From: Candidatus Latescibacterota bacterium
GTDB taxonomy: Bacteria > Latescibacterota > UBA2968 > GCA-2709665
DNA: 64,000 nt
Assembly: GCA_965226795.1 (NCBI GenBank)
Contig: CBDDDZ010000005.1
Coordinates: forward strand, 256,001-320,000
Direction of reading: 5' to 3'
In this document: in pieces, positions 10,049 to 20,947 of the stretch
How the letters are laid out: each line of letters opens with the position of its first letter
Numbering within the stretch: position 1 is the stretch's first letter
The notes under the pieces: model-generated
Told to the model about the DNA's origin: nothing
What the model saw: the letters and a program-made list of their open reading frames with translations, nothing else
The model's database searches: none
Made by a program: the position numbers and the translations under genes

Positions 10049-11092
10049 ATGCCGGTTTTTTCTGCAGCCGAACTGCGTCGAATAGGGCGTGAGATCTACG
10101 AACGGGCCGGCGCCACGTCCGAGGAAGCGGAAACGGTCGCGGGGCAACTCGTGGAATCCAGCCTGTCGGGTCACGACTCGCATGGCGTACAACGCCTGCC
10201 GCAGTACGTTGCGGGAGTGGCATCCGGACAGATTGTTCCGGGCGCCGCGGTCGAAGTGGAACGGGAGACACCCGCAACGGCGGTGTTGAACGGGAACTGG
10301 GGGTTCGGACATGTGACCGCGGTGGCTGCAATGAAAGTGGCCATCCGCAAGGCCCGCGAGGCCTCGGTGGGGCTGGTCTCGGTCCACCGGTGCAACCACG
10401 TCGGCCGGCTTGGCGCTTTTCCGCCGCTGGCTGCCGAAGCCGGCATGATCGGGATGCTGGCGAATAACGGACACGGGGCCGATCTGGCGATGCCCCCGTC
10501 GGGCGGCATCGGGCGGGTACTGCCCGCGAATTGCCTCGCCGTCGCGTGTCCATCGGCGGGGGAATTTCCAGTTGCCCTGGATATTACCACCGCGGTGGCG
10601 GCAGGCGGCAAGGTTCGCGTGACACTGGCGAAGGGTGAACGGATGCCGGACGGTTGGATGATCGATCACGAAGGCTATCCGACAAACGATCCCGGGGTGT
10701 ATCTGTCGGAACCGAAAGGTGCGCTGCTGCCGTTCGGCGGTCCCGTGGCGCACAAGGGATACGGGCTGGCCTTCGTGATCGACATTCTCTCGGGCGCGCT
10801 CTCGCCGGCCGGATGTTCCCGCAGGGACTCTAAGGTGACGGGAAACGCGCTGTTTGTGCAGGCCATCAATATTGAGGCGTTTCAGCCGCTCGACGCGTTC
10901 AAGGCTGAGGTAAAGCGATTCGTCGACTACGTGAAAGCGGCCGAACCGGCGCCGGGGTCGCACGAGGTGCTGGTGCCGGGTGAGAGGTCGTGGCGGACCA
11001 GGAAGGAACGTTCGAAGTCCGGCATTCCCGTTCCCGACCCCACCTGGGAGCAGATTGTGGAGACCGGGCGGAAGGTGGGCCTCGAACTGTAA
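10049..11092 (+). CDS. Ldh_2 family (type 2 malate/lactate/hydroxyacid) dehydrogenase
   Basis: GHDSHG, NHVGRLG, LLPFGG..HKGYGL, VLVPGE motifs. Confidence 0.9.
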   Translation: MPVFSAAELRRIGREIYERAGATSEEAETVAGQLVESSLSGHDSHGVQRLPQYVAGVASGQIVPGAAVEVERETPATAVLNGNWGFGHVTAVAAMKVAIRKAREASVGLVSVHRCNHVGRLGAFPPLAAEAGMIGMLANNGHGADLAMPPSGGIGRVLPANCLAVACPSAGEFPVALDITTAVAAGGKVRVTLAKGERMPDGWMIDHEGYPTNDPGVYLSEPKGALLPFGGPVAHKGYGLAFVIDILSGALSPAGCSRRDSKVTGNALFVQAINIEAFQPLDAFKAEVKRFVDYVKAAEPAPGSHEVLVPGERSWRTRKERSKSGIPVPDPTWEQIVETGRKVGLEL

Positions 11093-11179
11093 CGGGTCGC
11101 AGACCGGCGGGTCCGTCAAACGGGAAATTTTCGTTGCCTTGTATGACCATTTGAGGATTTCCGAGGGAGGTTGTCGGAA

Positions 11180-12514
11180 ATGTCAGACGAGATTCGAGCC
11201 AGAGCCGAGGGCGCACGGGCCGCGGCATTGCAGTTGAGCCACGCGTCCGAGGGGGAACGCAACGCGGCGCTGGAGGCGATCGCTCGGGGTCTGGAGGCCG
11301 GCGCGGGCGCCATTCTGGAGGCGAACAGGCGGGATCTCAAGGCAGCGGACGTCCTGCTGGCCGAAGGCAGGTTGACAGGCGCGCTGGTGGGGCGGCTGAA
11401 GGTGGATAAGGTCAAGTTGCACAATGAAATCGTCCCGGGAGTGCTCAGCGTGAAGGCCCAGAAGGATCCCATTGGCCGGACGCTGGCGGCGACGGAGATG
11501 GACCAGGGGTTGAACCTCTATAAAGTATCGGTACCGATCGGCGTGGTGGGAATCGTGTTCGAATCACGGCCGGACGCGCTGGTGCAGATTGCCACGCTTT
11601 GCCTGAAGTCGGGCAATGCGGTGCTGTTGAAGGGCGGCAGCGAGGCGTTTCATACCAATCGCGCGCTGGCGAACGTCCTCGTTGCGTCGACACGCGGGTT
11701 GCCCGGAATTCCGGACGGGTGGATGCATCTGATGGAGGCGCGGGAGGACGTGCAGGCCATACTGGATCTGCACCATCTGATCGATCTGATTATCCCCCGG
11801 GGCGGCAACGCGCTTGTCCAGTATATTATGCAGAATACCAGGATTCCGGTGATGGGGCATGCCGACGGTATCTGCCACGTGTACGTGCACGCGATGGCGG
11901 ATCTCGAGAAGGCGAAGCGGATCTGTCTGGATGCCAAGACCCAGTATCCCTCGGCATGCAACGCGGCGGAGACGTTGCTTGTAGACAGGGAAATCGCGGG
12001 AGAATTTCTGCCGGAAATGGTGGGGATATACCAGCGGAACAGCGTCGATGTGCGGGGGGACGATCTGACGCGAACGCTGGCAGGAGGCGCGCTGGCACCG
12101 GCGACGGAGGAGGATTGGGGAACGGAATACCTCGACATGGTGATCTCTGTCAAAGTGGTAAACGGCGTTCGGGAGGCGGTCGAGCATATCAACCGCTACG
12201 GCAGCCACCACACCGATGCGATTGTGACGGAAGACAGGGTGGCGGCGTCCAGGTTCCTGCGCGAAGTGGATTCCGCGTCCGCGTTGCACAACGCGTCGAC
12301 CCGGTTTGCGGATGGATTTCGTTTCGGTCTGGGCGCGGAGGTGGGCATCAGCACCAACCGATTGCATAGCCGGGGGCCTGTCGGCCTCGAGGGTCTGGTG
12401 ATCTATAAATACATCATTGAGGGGAACGGGCAGATTGCGGACGATTATCTTGGAGAAGACGCAAAAGCGTTCACCCATCGACCCCTCGCCGAGACGTGGA
12501 CTCCCCACAGCTGA
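11180..12514 (+). CDS. proA: Gamma-glutamyl phosphate reductase
   Basis: FESRPD, LKGGSEA, IPRGG, SACNAAETLL, NASTRFADG, HSRGPVGLEGL motifs. Confidence 0.95.
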   Translation: MSDEIRARAEGARAAALQLSHASEGERNAALEAIARGLEAGAGAILEANRRDLKAADVLLAEGRLTGALVGRLKVDKVKLHNEIVPGVLSVKAQKDPIGRTLAATEMDQGLNLYKVSVPIGVVGIVFESRPDALVQIATLCLKSGNAVLLKGGSEAFHTNRALANVLVASTRGLPGIPDGWMHLMEAREDVQAILDLHHLIDLIIPRGGNALVQYIMQNTRIPVMGHADGICHVYVHAMADLEKAKRICLDAKTQYPSACNAAETLLVDREIAGEFLPEMVGIYQRNSVDVRGDDLTRTLAGGALAPATEEDWGTEYLDMVISVKVVNGVREAVEHINRYGSHHTDAIVTEDRVAASRFLREVDSASALHNASTRFADGFRFGLGAEVGISTNRLHSRGPVGLEGLVIYKYIIEGNGQIADDYLGEDAKAFTHRPLAETWTPHS

Positions 12515-12523
12515 GGATTTTCT

Positions 12524-15415
12524 ATGAAATACGCATTGCGGTTACCGGTCGTGTTGAGTCTCACCCTGTTCGGCGCCTGTGCGTCCTCGCAAAAGGCGGC
12601 CCCGCCGCAACCACCCGCGCCTCCCCCTGCGCCGAAGTTGCCGGTGGATCCGAATCTGACGATTGGCAGGCTGCAGAACGGAATCCGATATTTTATCCGT
12701 GAGAACCAGCGGCCGGAAAATCGCGCTGAATTGCGCCTGGTGGTGAATGCGGGTTCGATTCTGGAAGACGAGGATCAGCAGGGGCTGGCTCATTTTGTGG
12801 AGCATATGGCGTTCAACGGAACCCGGAATTTTCCCAAGCAGGACCTGGTGAATTACCTGGAGTCGATTGGCATGCGTTTCGGGCCGGACCTGAATGCATA
12901 CACGAGCTTCGACGAAACCGTGTATATGCTCCAGGTGCCCACCGATAGCGCGCAGGTTGTCACGCAGGCGTTCCGGATTCTGGAGGATTGGGCGTCGGGC
13001 GTTCTCTTTGAATCGGAGGAGATCGACAAGGAGAGAGGGGTGGTGATCGAGGAATGGCGGCTGGGTCAGGGCGCGGGCGCCCGGCTGCGGGACAAGCAGT
13101 TTCCAATACTGCTCAAGGGGTCTCGGTACGCGGAGCGCCTGCCCATTGGGAAAAAAGCTGTGCTGGATACGTTCAAACACGAGGCGGCGAAGCGGTTTTA
13201 TCGGGATTGGTACCGCCCGGACCTGATGGCCGTCATTGCGGTGGGCGATTTCGAGACGGAATGGATCGAAGGATTGATTCAGGAACATTTCGCGCGGATT
13301 CCTCCAGCAAGCCAGCCCAGAAAACGGACGCTGTATCCGGTGCCGGGGCACGAAGAGACCCTGTTCGCGATTGCTACCGATCCGGAGGCGACGCGGACGA
13401 CTATTTCAATCTACTATAAGCAACCCTTGCGCCAACAGGATTCGGCTGAGGCTTACAGACAGAATATTGTCGAGTCCCTGTACAACAGGATGCTGAACGC
13501 GCGGCTGCATGAATCGACCAAGAAACCCGATGCGCCTTACATGTTCGCGTTCTCCAGCCAGGGTCGTTTTATCCGCACGCGCGAGTTCTATACGCTGGGG
13601 GCAGGTGTGAGAGAGGGTGGCATCCAGCGGGGCCTGGAGGCCGTACTCACGGAGGCCAGGAGGGTGCGCCTGCACGGGTTCACGCAGTCGGAACTCGACC
13701 GCGAGAAGACCGGGGCGCTCCGTTCAATGGAACGGGCGAACGCGGAGCGCGACAAGGTGCGGTCCCGCAGGTTCGCATCGGAGTATATCCGGCATTTCCT
13801 GACGGGTGAGCCGATTCCCGGCATCGCGTATGAGTACAAATTGTATCAGGAGATGGTGCCCGGTATCGAACTGGCCGAGGTGAACCGCCTTGCGGGCGAG
13901 TGGATTACGGACCGAGAACGCGTCGTGCTGGTCGACGGTCCGGGGAAGCCAGACGTGACAATGCCGACCGAAGAAGATCTGACGGCGGTAATCGGGCGCG
14001 TCAACGAGAAGGAGATCGAGCCATACGAAGACGCGGTCTCGGGCCGCCCGCTGATCGAAACGCCGCCGCCGCCCGCCGAAATCGTCTCGCAGAAAGAGAT
14101 AGCCGACCTGGGCGTGACCGAATGGACGCTGGCGAACGGTGTGCGCATTGTGCTCAAACCGACCGACTTCAAGAACGATGAAGTGCTGTTTACGGCATTC
14201 AGCCCGGGCGGGCATGGGCTGGTGTCGGACCAGGATTATCTTGCGGCGGCGACGGCAACGTCGGTGATTCGCGAGGGCGGCCTGGGGACGTTCGATGCGA
14301 TCGGCTTGCAGAAGAAACTGGCTGGAAAAGTGGTGAACGTATCGCCCTGGATCCAGGAACTGCGGGAAGGCGTTCAGGGCAGCGCCTCCTTGAAGGATCT
14401 GGAGACGATGTTTCAACTCATCTACCTGACGTTTACTTCGCCTCGAAAGGACCCTGAGGCGTTTCTGGCCTACGTGCAGCGCATCCGCGGATCGCTGGAA
14501 AACCGCAGCGCCAGCCCGGCGGCGGCATTCGGCGATACGATTCAGGTAACGTTGTCGCAGTACCACCACCGCGCGCGGGTCTGGTCGGAAGCGCTGCTGG
14601 AAGAATTGAATCTCGAGCGCTCTTTCGAGATTTACAAGGATCGGTTTGCCGACGCGAGCGATTTCATATTCTTTTTTGTGGGCAACATCGATCCGGATCG
14701 CATCCGTCCCCTCGTACAGACTTACCTGGGCGGGCTGCCGGCGACCAGGCGAAGTGAAACCTGGCGTGACGTGGGTATACGGCCCCCGCGGGGGGTTATA
14801 GAAAAAACCGTCCATAAGGGCCTGGAACCCAAGAGCAACAATCGAATCGTCTTCACCGGACCATTCGAGTGGAGCCGCAGGAACAGTTACAACCTGGGGT
14901 CGATGACCGACGTCCTCCGCATCAAACTGCGCGAGGTCCTGCGGGAGGAAATGGGGGGCACCTACGGCGTGAGTGTGGGCGTGTCCACCTCTCTCTATCC
15001 TGAGCAGCGGTACAGTATCCGGATCGGTTTCGGCTGCGCGCCCGACAGCGTCGAGCAGCTCACCCGGGCGGTTTTCGCCCAGATCGACAGCCTCAAGCGG
15101 TTCGGCGCAGCGGACACCGATATAGAGAAAGTCCAGGAGGCGGACCGCCGCGGGCGGGAAGCGGCGTTGAAGGAAAATGGATTCTGGCGTAGGACCCTTT
15201 CGTCCAACTATTGGCTGGGACTGGATCCGGTTTCGATACTGGCGTACGACGATCTGGTGAACGGTCTGACTTCCGACATTATCCGGGAGGCGGCACAGAA
15301 GCATTTCGATACGGGGAATTACGCGCGTTTCGTGCTCTACCCCGAAAAGAAAAATGGCGAACCTCAGGACGGGTCAGGTGATCCTCCGGACGCGACAAAT
15401 GGCTCAGATCGCTGA
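12524..15415 (+). CDS. M16 family zinc peptidase (PqqL-like), probable lipoprotein
   Basis: HFVEH (HxxEH), NAYTSFDETVY, signal peptide with LFGAC lipobox and Pro-rich linker; two M16 halves. Confidence 0.9.
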   Translation: MKYALRLPVVLSLTLFGACASSQKAAPPQPPAPPPAPKLPVDPNLTIGRLQNGIRYFIRENQRPENRAELRLVVNAGSILEDEDQQGLAHFVEHMAFNGTRNFPKQDLVNYLESIGMRFGPDLNAYTSFDETVYMLQVPTDSAQVVTQAFRILEDWASGVLFESEEIDKERGVVIEEWRLGQGAGARLRDKQFPILLKGSRYAERLPIGKKAVLDTFKHEAAKRFYRDWYRPDLMAVIAVGDFETEWIEGLIQEHFARIPPASQPRKRTLYPVPGHEETLFAIATDPEATRTTISIYYKQPLRQQDSAEAYRQNIVESLYNRMLNARLHESTKKPDAPYMFAFSSQGRFIRTREFYTLGAGVREGGIQRGLEAVLTEARRVRLHGFTQSELDREKTGALRSMERANAERDKVRSRRFASEYIRHFLTGEPIPGIAYEYKLYQEMVPGIELAEVNRLAGEWITDRERVVLVDGPGKPDVTMPTEEDLTAVIGRVNEKEIEPYEDAVSGRPLIETPPPPAEIVSQKEIADLGVTEWTLANGVRIVLKPTDFKNDEVLFTAFSPGGHGLVSDQDYLAAATATSVIREGGLGTFDAIGLQKKLAGKVVNVSPWIQELREGVQGSASLKDLETMFQLIYLTFTSPRKDPEAFLAYVQRIRGSLENRSASPAAAFGDTIQVTLSQYHHRARVWSEALLEELNLERSFEIYKDRFADASDFIFFFVGNIDPDRIRPLVQTYLGGLPATRRSETWRDVGIRPPRGVIEKTVHKGLEPKSNNRIVFTGPFEWSRRNSYNLGSMTDVLRIKLREVLREEMGGTYGVSVGVSTSLYPEQRYSIRIGFGCAPDSVEQLTRAVFAQIDSLKRFGAADTDIEKVQEADRRGREAALKENGFWRRTLSSNYWLGLDPVSILAYDDLVNGLTSDIIREAAQKHFDTGNYARFVLYPEKKNGEPQDGSGDPPDATNGSDR

Positions 15416-15563
15416 GGTTGAAAAGCAGTTCCGCCGGGGCAGGCTCAACGACCGGAATCCGGAAGGCAATTGTACTCAATGAAGAACAGCGGAGTCCCGG
15501 CATGTCCGGATGCCGGGACTCCGCTTTAGTGTGATACGGAGATACACGTTCGAGGGGCAAAAT

Positions 15564-16598
15564 ATGGCGAGGTTCGAACGGGCGGCGGACGTCAGGACAG
15601 GTGTGGTCGGATACGGTGCGGCCTTCGAAATGGGCCGGCGCCACCTGTCGGATATGCGAAAAGCGGGAATGACGCCCTGCGCGGTGGCCGAGACGGATCC
15701 GGCGCGGCTGGCCGCGGCAGAGACGGATTTCCCGGGAATCGAACAATATCGCTCCGTTTCGGAGATGTTGAGTAAATCGGACGTAAATCTGGTGGTGCTG
15801 ATTACGCCGCACAACACCCATGCGAAGCTGGCCCTGCAGTGTTTGCGGGCGGGCCGGCACGTGATCAGCGAGAAGCCGTTCGCCATTACGACCGCTGAAT
15901 GCGACGCCATGATCCGGGAGGCCGGGGCGCGAGACCTCCTGCTTTCCGCGTACCATAACCGGCACTGGGACGGCTGTGTTCTGGAAGCGCTGAAACATCT
16001 CCACGAGGAGAAGGCAATCGGCGAGATCTATCGCGTCGACGCGCGAATCGGCGGATACGGTCACCCGGGAGACTGGTGGCGGAGCAGCCGGTCGGTTTCC
16101 GGGGGCATCATGTACGATTGGGGGGTGCACCTGCTGGAGTACGCGCTCCAGATCATACCCGCGGACGTCGTCGAGGTCGCGGGGTTTGCAAAGACCGGCT
16201 TCTGGGCGGAAGAGACGCCGTGGAAGGACGATACGAACGAGGACGTGGCGTGCGCGGTGGTAAGGTTCGACAACGGCGCGTGGCTGAGTCTGACGGTGTC
16301 TTCGCTCGAGGCGAATCCCAGGCCGGGACAATTGGAGATCTCAGGTACCGGAGGCAGTTATGTCTTTGACGGACGCACTTACGAAATGATCCGGCAACTG
16401 GGAGAGCAGCGGGTGGTTACGAAGGGCGCCAATATGACCAGCCAATGGGAAGCATACTACGAGAACGTCGCCGAGCATCTGACGGGCGGCAAAGCGCTGG
16501 TCATTACCCCCGAATGGGCCAGGAGGCCGATACACATTCTGGACCTTGCCGCGAAAAGCGCAAAGCGGGGAAGGGCGATCAGAGCCAGATACAAATGA
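15564..16598 (+). CDS. Gfo/Idh/MocA oxidoreductase
   Basis: GVVGYG, SEKP, GGIMYDWGVH motifs. Confidence 0.9.
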   Translation: MARFERAADVRTGVVGYGAAFEMGRRHLSDMRKAGMTPCAVAETDPARLAAAETDFPGIEQYRSVSEMLSKSDVNLVVLITPHNTHAKLALQCLRAGRHVISEKPFAITTAECDAMIREAGARDLLLSAYHNRHWDGCVLEALKHLHEEKAIGEIYRVDARIGGYGHPGDWWRSSRSVSGGIMYDWGVHLLEYALQIIPADVVEVAGFAKTGFWAEETPWKDDTNEDVACAVVRFDNGAWLSLTVSSLEANPRPGQLEISGTGGSYVFDGRTYEMIRQLGEQRVVTKGANMTSQWEAYYENVAEHLTGGKALVITPEWARRPIHILDLAAKSAKRGRAIRARYK

Positions 16599-16608
16599 GG
16601 GGATTGAA

Positions 16609-17931
16609 ATGAAGAAGGATACACGGAATTCACATAGCATCGCGCCGCCGGTGCATCCTCCCCCCGACGTCACCAGAATGCAGGGTTACGCTTCCCGGCT
16701 GAGCGCATCGCCCGACGACAATATCGCGTTCCGGATGACAACAATCGCCCGGTCCTACGTCGTGGCGTTCAAGCGCGTGGGAAAAACCGCCGCGGGAATC
16801 GGTGAGTTGAACGGGCTGCGAGGGAGGATGCAGGCCTGCCCCGGGAATGCTTGGGAGAACGGCTGCGATTGGGAGTCGGATTTCTACTGGATCGTGCCTG
16901 AAGAGACGCGGTCGTGGATCTATACGGCGGATTTCATGGACGAAAGGGGCGTGAAGTTCCACGTTCCGTTCGTTATCAAACCCCGTTTCCATCTGAAGGG
17001 CGACGTGGCCGTACTGGCATCCACAAACACCTGGCACGCGTATAACGGATGGGGCGGCCGGTCGGCCTACAGCGAGCCGCAGCCCAGGACCCTGAGCCTG
17101 GATCGCCCCATGCCCACGGCATCCCCCGAAGGCGAGGGCCGAAGCCATCTGTTGAGGGCCGAGATGTGGATTCTGGACTGGATGGAGGAAAGCGGTTATG
17201 CGGTGGACGTATATTCGGACATCGACTTGCATCGGGGATGGGATTGGCTGGCGGATTACAGCGCTCTCGTGATCAATACGCACAGTGAGTACTGGTCGGA
17301 GCCGATGCGAAACCACCTGGACGCCTATCTGGATGCGGGCGGGTGCCTGCTGTATCTTTCGGGAAATGGCGTTTACTGGAAGGTGACCTGGGATTCCACC
17401 TGCCGGATCATGGAAATCCGCAAAGACGGCAAGCCGCATTACCAGAATGGCGAGGACGGCGGGCTGTGGCGAAACCTGGGCCGGCCCGAGCATGCCGTGC
17501 TGGGGGTGGGATATCTACGGCCGGGATATATGACGTTTGCACCATACAAGGTCGAAGCCGCGTCTCACTGGGTATTTGAAGGCCTCGGACTGGACAACGG
17601 AGATCTGATCGGCGAAAAGGGTGTCAACGGCGGCGCGGCAAGCGGCTGGGAGGCGGATCAGGTACGGGAGCATTGGTCTCCGGAGAATATCACGGTGCTG
17701 GCAATGGGAATCAATCCGGAAGATTATATGCGAGACGGAGAATCGGCGGTCTATCCGAACGAAGAGTACGATTGGGACGGCTCGGGAGGCGCCCATATGA
17801 CCTATTACGACCATCCCGGTGGAGGCGGGGTGTTCTCGGTGGGGTCGATCGCCTTTGGCGGCAGCCTGATCGCGGACGGGTTCCTGCAGGGGACCGTGAG
17901 AAATGTGCTGGATCGGTTTCTCCGCCGATAA
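16609..17931 (+). CDS. N,N-dimethylformamidase beta-subunit-like protein
   Basis: STNTWHAYNGWGG, LSLDRP, HSEYWS, LSGNGVYW, GWEAD, VFSVGSI motifs. Confidence 0.8.
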   Translation: MKKDTRNSHSIAPPVHPPPDVTRMQGYASRLSASPDDNIAFRMTTIARSYVVAFKRVGKTAAGIGELNGLRGRMQACPGNAWENGCDWESDFYWIVPEETRSWIYTADFMDERGVKFHVPFVIKPRFHLKGDVAVLASTNTWHAYNGWGGRSAYSEPQPRTLSLDRPMPTASPEGEGRSHLLRAEMWILDWMEESGYAVDVYSDIDLHRGWDWLADYSALVINTHSEYWSEPMRNHLDAYLDAGGCLLYLSGNGVYWKVTWDSTCRIMEIRKDGKPHYQNGEDGGLWRNLGRPEHAVLGVGYLRPGYMTFAPYKVEAASHWVFEGLGLDNGDLIGEKGVNGGAASGWEADQVREHWSPENITVLAMGINPEDYMRDGESAVYPNEEYDWDGSGGAHMTYYDHPGGGGVFSVGSIAFGGSLIADGFLQGTVRNVLDRFLRR

Positions 17932-17947
17932 AATAAGGGACGAATCA

Positions 17948-18835
17948 ATGGCTGACGGACGGATGGCCGCATGCTACGATCTGCACCTGCACACGTACTG
18001 GAGCTATGATGCTCTTGCGCGGCCGGAGAACCATTTCAAACGCGCCCGGGAACTCGGGGTCGCCTGCTTCGCCATTACGGACCACCACGTGCTGGATTCG
18101 CTTCCGGAGGTACTGGAGATCTCGCAGCGCTACCCCGAGGTGCGTGTGGTGCCATCGGCCGAATTGACGATGACAACGTCGATTGGATCCGTAGATCTTC
18201 TGTGTTACGGTTTTCCCGCGGAACTGCCCTCTGCGATGAAACAGGTGCTTGAAGCGTATCACCGCTGGCAACGTGACTACGGCGCCGCGATTTCAGCAGG
18301 CCTGATGGCTCTGGGATACGGGTTTTCCGACGAGGACCGGCTGGATCTACTGAGGTCCTATCGGCCAGAGAAGACGATCGAGGTGCAGGGAAATACTCAC
18401 GTGAAGGGCGGCGTGATCCAGCAGTACTGCGTGGCGCGGGGATTCATCGACCGGATCGAGGACTACGGAGATCTGATGTCGCGAGCGGGTGCAGCGACGC
18501 GGTTTCCGCCTTATCCCCACGCGAAGGATGCGATGCCGGCCGTCAAGGAAGCGGGCGCGCTGGTGGCGATCGCGCATCCGTTCGGCTATTTCAGGGAAGA
18601 CAACGTGGAACGGATGGACGCGCTTCGCACAGAGTGCTCGCTGGACGGGATCGAATGCGCCCATCCCGGCGTGCCGCCGGCGTTCACGGCGAAATACCGG
18701 GAATATTGCGAACGTCACGGGCTGTTCTCCACGGGCGGATCCGATTGCCATACCGATGAGGACGTGGAGAGGGGTTTCGCGGGGCACGGAGGCCCCGACG
18801 AGTGGCTGGACGAATTCCTGGAACGGTTGGACTGA
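17948..18835 (+). CDS. PHP domain metallo-phosphoesterase
   Basis: DLHLHT..SYD, ITDHH, AHP, TGGSDCH motifs. Confidence 0.9.
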   Translation: MADGRMAACYDLHLHTYWSYDALARPENHFKRARELGVACFAITDHHVLDSLPEVLEISQRYPEVRVVPSAELTMTTSIGSVDLLCYGFPAELPSAMKQVLEAYHRWQRDYGAAISAGLMALGYGFSDEDRLDLLRSYRPEKTIEVQGNTHVKGGVIQQYCVARGFIDRIEDYGDLMSRAGAATRFPPYPHAKDAMPAVKEAGALVAIAHPFGYFREDNVERMDALRTECSLDGIECAHPGVPPAFTAKYREYCERHGLFSTGGSDCHTDEDVERGFAGHGGPDEWLDEFLERLD

Positions 18836-18916
18836 CGAGCGGCTGGCAAGATTGTTGAAAACGGCCGGTCGGAGCAAACCTGTTCAAAAAAACCGCCGGT
18901 GCAGAGGTTTTATCAT

Positions 18917-18942
18917 GGGACCGAGGGCATCCTGCCCTCGAA
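18917..18942 (+). repeat. REP-like palindrome, GGGA(C/G)CGAGGGC..GCCCTCG family, copy 1
   Basis: GGGACCGAGGGCATCCTGCCCTCGAA; near-identical copy at 20765 and a variant at 57691. Confidence 0.7.
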
Positions 18943-19079
18943 AACCGTTTGACGACCAGGACGCCTGCCTCTAAGGCGAAAAACGAAGGGGAGGTGGTTG
19001 ATTTTCTCACGTCTTCCCTCTTGCTTCCAACCGATTCATTGGCGAAAAAAAAAGAAGGTTTACCGCGAGTGTTGATACA

Positions 19080-20711
19080 ATGAAAGCCTCAGATCTTTTC
19101 GTAAAGGCCCTCGAGGCCGAGGGCGTGGAATTTATCTTCGCCATCCCCGGCGAGGAGAACCTGGACCTGCTCGAGTCGCTTCGCAATTCGAGCATTCGCG
19201 TCATTCTCACCCGGCACGAGCAGGCGGCGGGCTTCATGGCCGCTACGTACGGCCGCCTCACCGGCAAGACCGGGGTGTGCATGTCCACCCTTGGTCCCGG
19301 GGCGACGAATTTCGTAACCGCGGCGGCGTACGCCCAGCTGGGTGGCATGCCGCTGCTGATGATCACGGGGCAGAAGCCCATCAAGTCGAGCAAACAGGGA
19401 CACTTCCAGATCGTGGACGTGGTTGAGATGATGCGCCCCCTCACGAAGTACACCACCCGAATTGTCAGCGGTGCGACCATTCCGCCGCGAGTGCGGGAGG
19501 CGTTCCGCGTGGCGGAAGAGGAGCGACCCGGGGCCGTGCACCTGGAGTTGCCCGAGGACATCGCCGCGGAAGAGGCGGTAGCGCATCTTTTTCCCAGGGA
19601 TCGGGTCCGGCGCCCGGTGGCGGAGGCCAAGGCGGTCTCCCGGGCCGTCGCCAGGATCCAGGATGCTCGCCGGCCGTTGCTGCTGGTGGGTGCAGGAGCC
19701 AATCGCAAGCGAACGTCAAATATGCTGGCCCGGTTCATAGACATCACGGGCATACCCTGGTTCAACACTCAAATGGGCAAGGGCGTGGTGGACGAGCGCC
19801 ATCCGCTGTACCTGGGGAACGCGGCAATGTCTTCCGGCGATGCCATTCATTGCGCCATCGAGCGGGCCGATCTGATTATCAACGTGGGCCACGACGTGGT
19901 GGAGAAGCCGCCTTTTCTGATGCAGGATGGGGGCCTTCATGTAATCCACGTCAACTTCTCCTCCGCCGAGGTCGATCCCGTGTACTTTCCGCAACTCGAG
20001 GTGATCGGCGACATCGGCAACAGCCTGTGGCAGATCTGCCAGCGGATCGAACCCCAGCCCCACTGGTCGTTCGACTACTTCATTCGAGTGAAGGAGTGGG
20101 CCGACAGGAAGTTGGCCGCCGGAGATGATGACGACCGCTTTCCGGTACTGCCGCAGCGGCTGGTGGCCGACGTTCGGCGCGTGCTGCCCGACGACGGCCT
20201 GATCGCCCTCGATAACGGCGTCTACAAGATCTGGTTCGCGCTCAACTACCGCGCCCACCAGCCGAATACCGTGTTGCTGGACAACGCCCTGGCAACCATG
20301 GGCGCCGGTCTTCCCTCCGCCATGGCGGCCAGCCTGCTTTACCCGGATCGCGAGGTGGTGGCGATCTGCGGCGATGGCGGCTTTATGATGAACTCACAGG
20401 AGTTGGAGACCGCGGTGCGCCTGGGCCTCAATCTGGTGGTGCTGGTTCTTCGGGATAACGCCTACGGAATGATCAAGTGGAAGCAGGCCCACATGGGCCT
20501 GGCCGATTTCGGGCTGGATTACGGGAATCCCGATTTCGTGCGCTACGCCGAAAGCTACGGCGCCGCGGGGCACAGGGTGGAACGGACGGATCAACTGGCG
20601 GGATTGCTCAAAGGGTGCCTCGAGTCCGGTGGCGTACACCTGATCGAAGTGCCCGTGGATTATTCCGAAAACCACCAACTGTTGGACGGACAACTGGTGT
20701 GTCCCCTGTAA
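19080..20711 (+). CDS. Acetolactate synthase-like TPP-dependent enzyme (large subunit)
   Basis: PGEEN, TRHEQAA, GPGATN, and the GDGGF...N TPP-binding motif. Confidence 0.9.
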   Translation: MKASDLFVKALEAEGVEFIFAIPGEENLDLLESLRNSSIRVILTRHEQAAGFMAATYGRLTGKTGVCMSTLGPGATNFVTAAAYAQLGGMPLLMITGQKPIKSSKQGHFQIVDVVEMMRPLTKYTTRIVSGATIPPRVREAFRVAEEERPGAVHLELPEDIAAEEAVAHLFPRDRVRRPVAEAKAVSRAVARIQDARRPLLLVGAGANRKRTSNMLARFIDITGIPWFNTQMGKGVVDERHPLYLGNAAMSSGDAIHCAIERADLIINVGHDVVEKPPFLMQDGGLHVIHVNFSSAEVDPVYFPQLEVIGDIGNSLWQICQRIEPQPHWSFDYFIRVKEWADRKLAAGDDDDRFPVLPQRLVADVRRVLPDDGLIALDNGVYKIWFALNYRAHQPNTVLLDNALATMGAGLPSAMAASLLYPDREVVAICGDGGFMMNSQELETAVRLGLNLVVLVLRDNAYGMIKWKQAHMGLADFGLDYGNPDFVRYAESYGAAGHRVERTDQLAGLLKGCLESGGVHLIEVPVDYSENHQLLDGQLVCPL

Positions 20712-20764
20712 TGGACTCGGTTTCGCTTTGGACGGTCGTATTCTCGCCAACAGGGTATCCCCAC

Positions 20765-20790
20765 GGGACCGAGGGCATCCCGCCCTCGAA
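20765..20790 (+). repeat. REP-like palindrome, copy 2
   Basis: GGGACCGAGGGCATCCCGCCCTCGAA, one mismatch to the 18917 copy. Confidence 0.7.
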
Positions 20791-20947
20791 GCGGGAACGA
20801 CAGCTACTTGCCAATCAACCCAACGCCGTCATCTACGACTTGCGAATCGGGTTTCCGACCATGTATCGAATCGGGGCCACGGACGCCCTTCCGAAGTCCA
20901 CCATAGCCGGATATTCACAGTGAAATCTCCCCAGGGAGTACACATTA

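Noticed and set aside
13724..15304. Long antisense ORFs (also 9725-11119, 46012-47232, 50923-52044 and others)
   Set aside because: Shadow ORFs of GC-rich genes with no recognisable motifs.
12524..15415. PQQ biosynthesis link between the M16 peptidase and the PQQ-like propellers
   Set aside because: No pqqA-E genes; the peptidase is a lipoprotein ~18 kb from the cluster, and the propellers are much shorter than quinoprotein dehydrogenases.
18850..19020. MITE with GTTGAAAA-type ends
   Set aside because: Only degenerate single ends; no convincing TIR pair.
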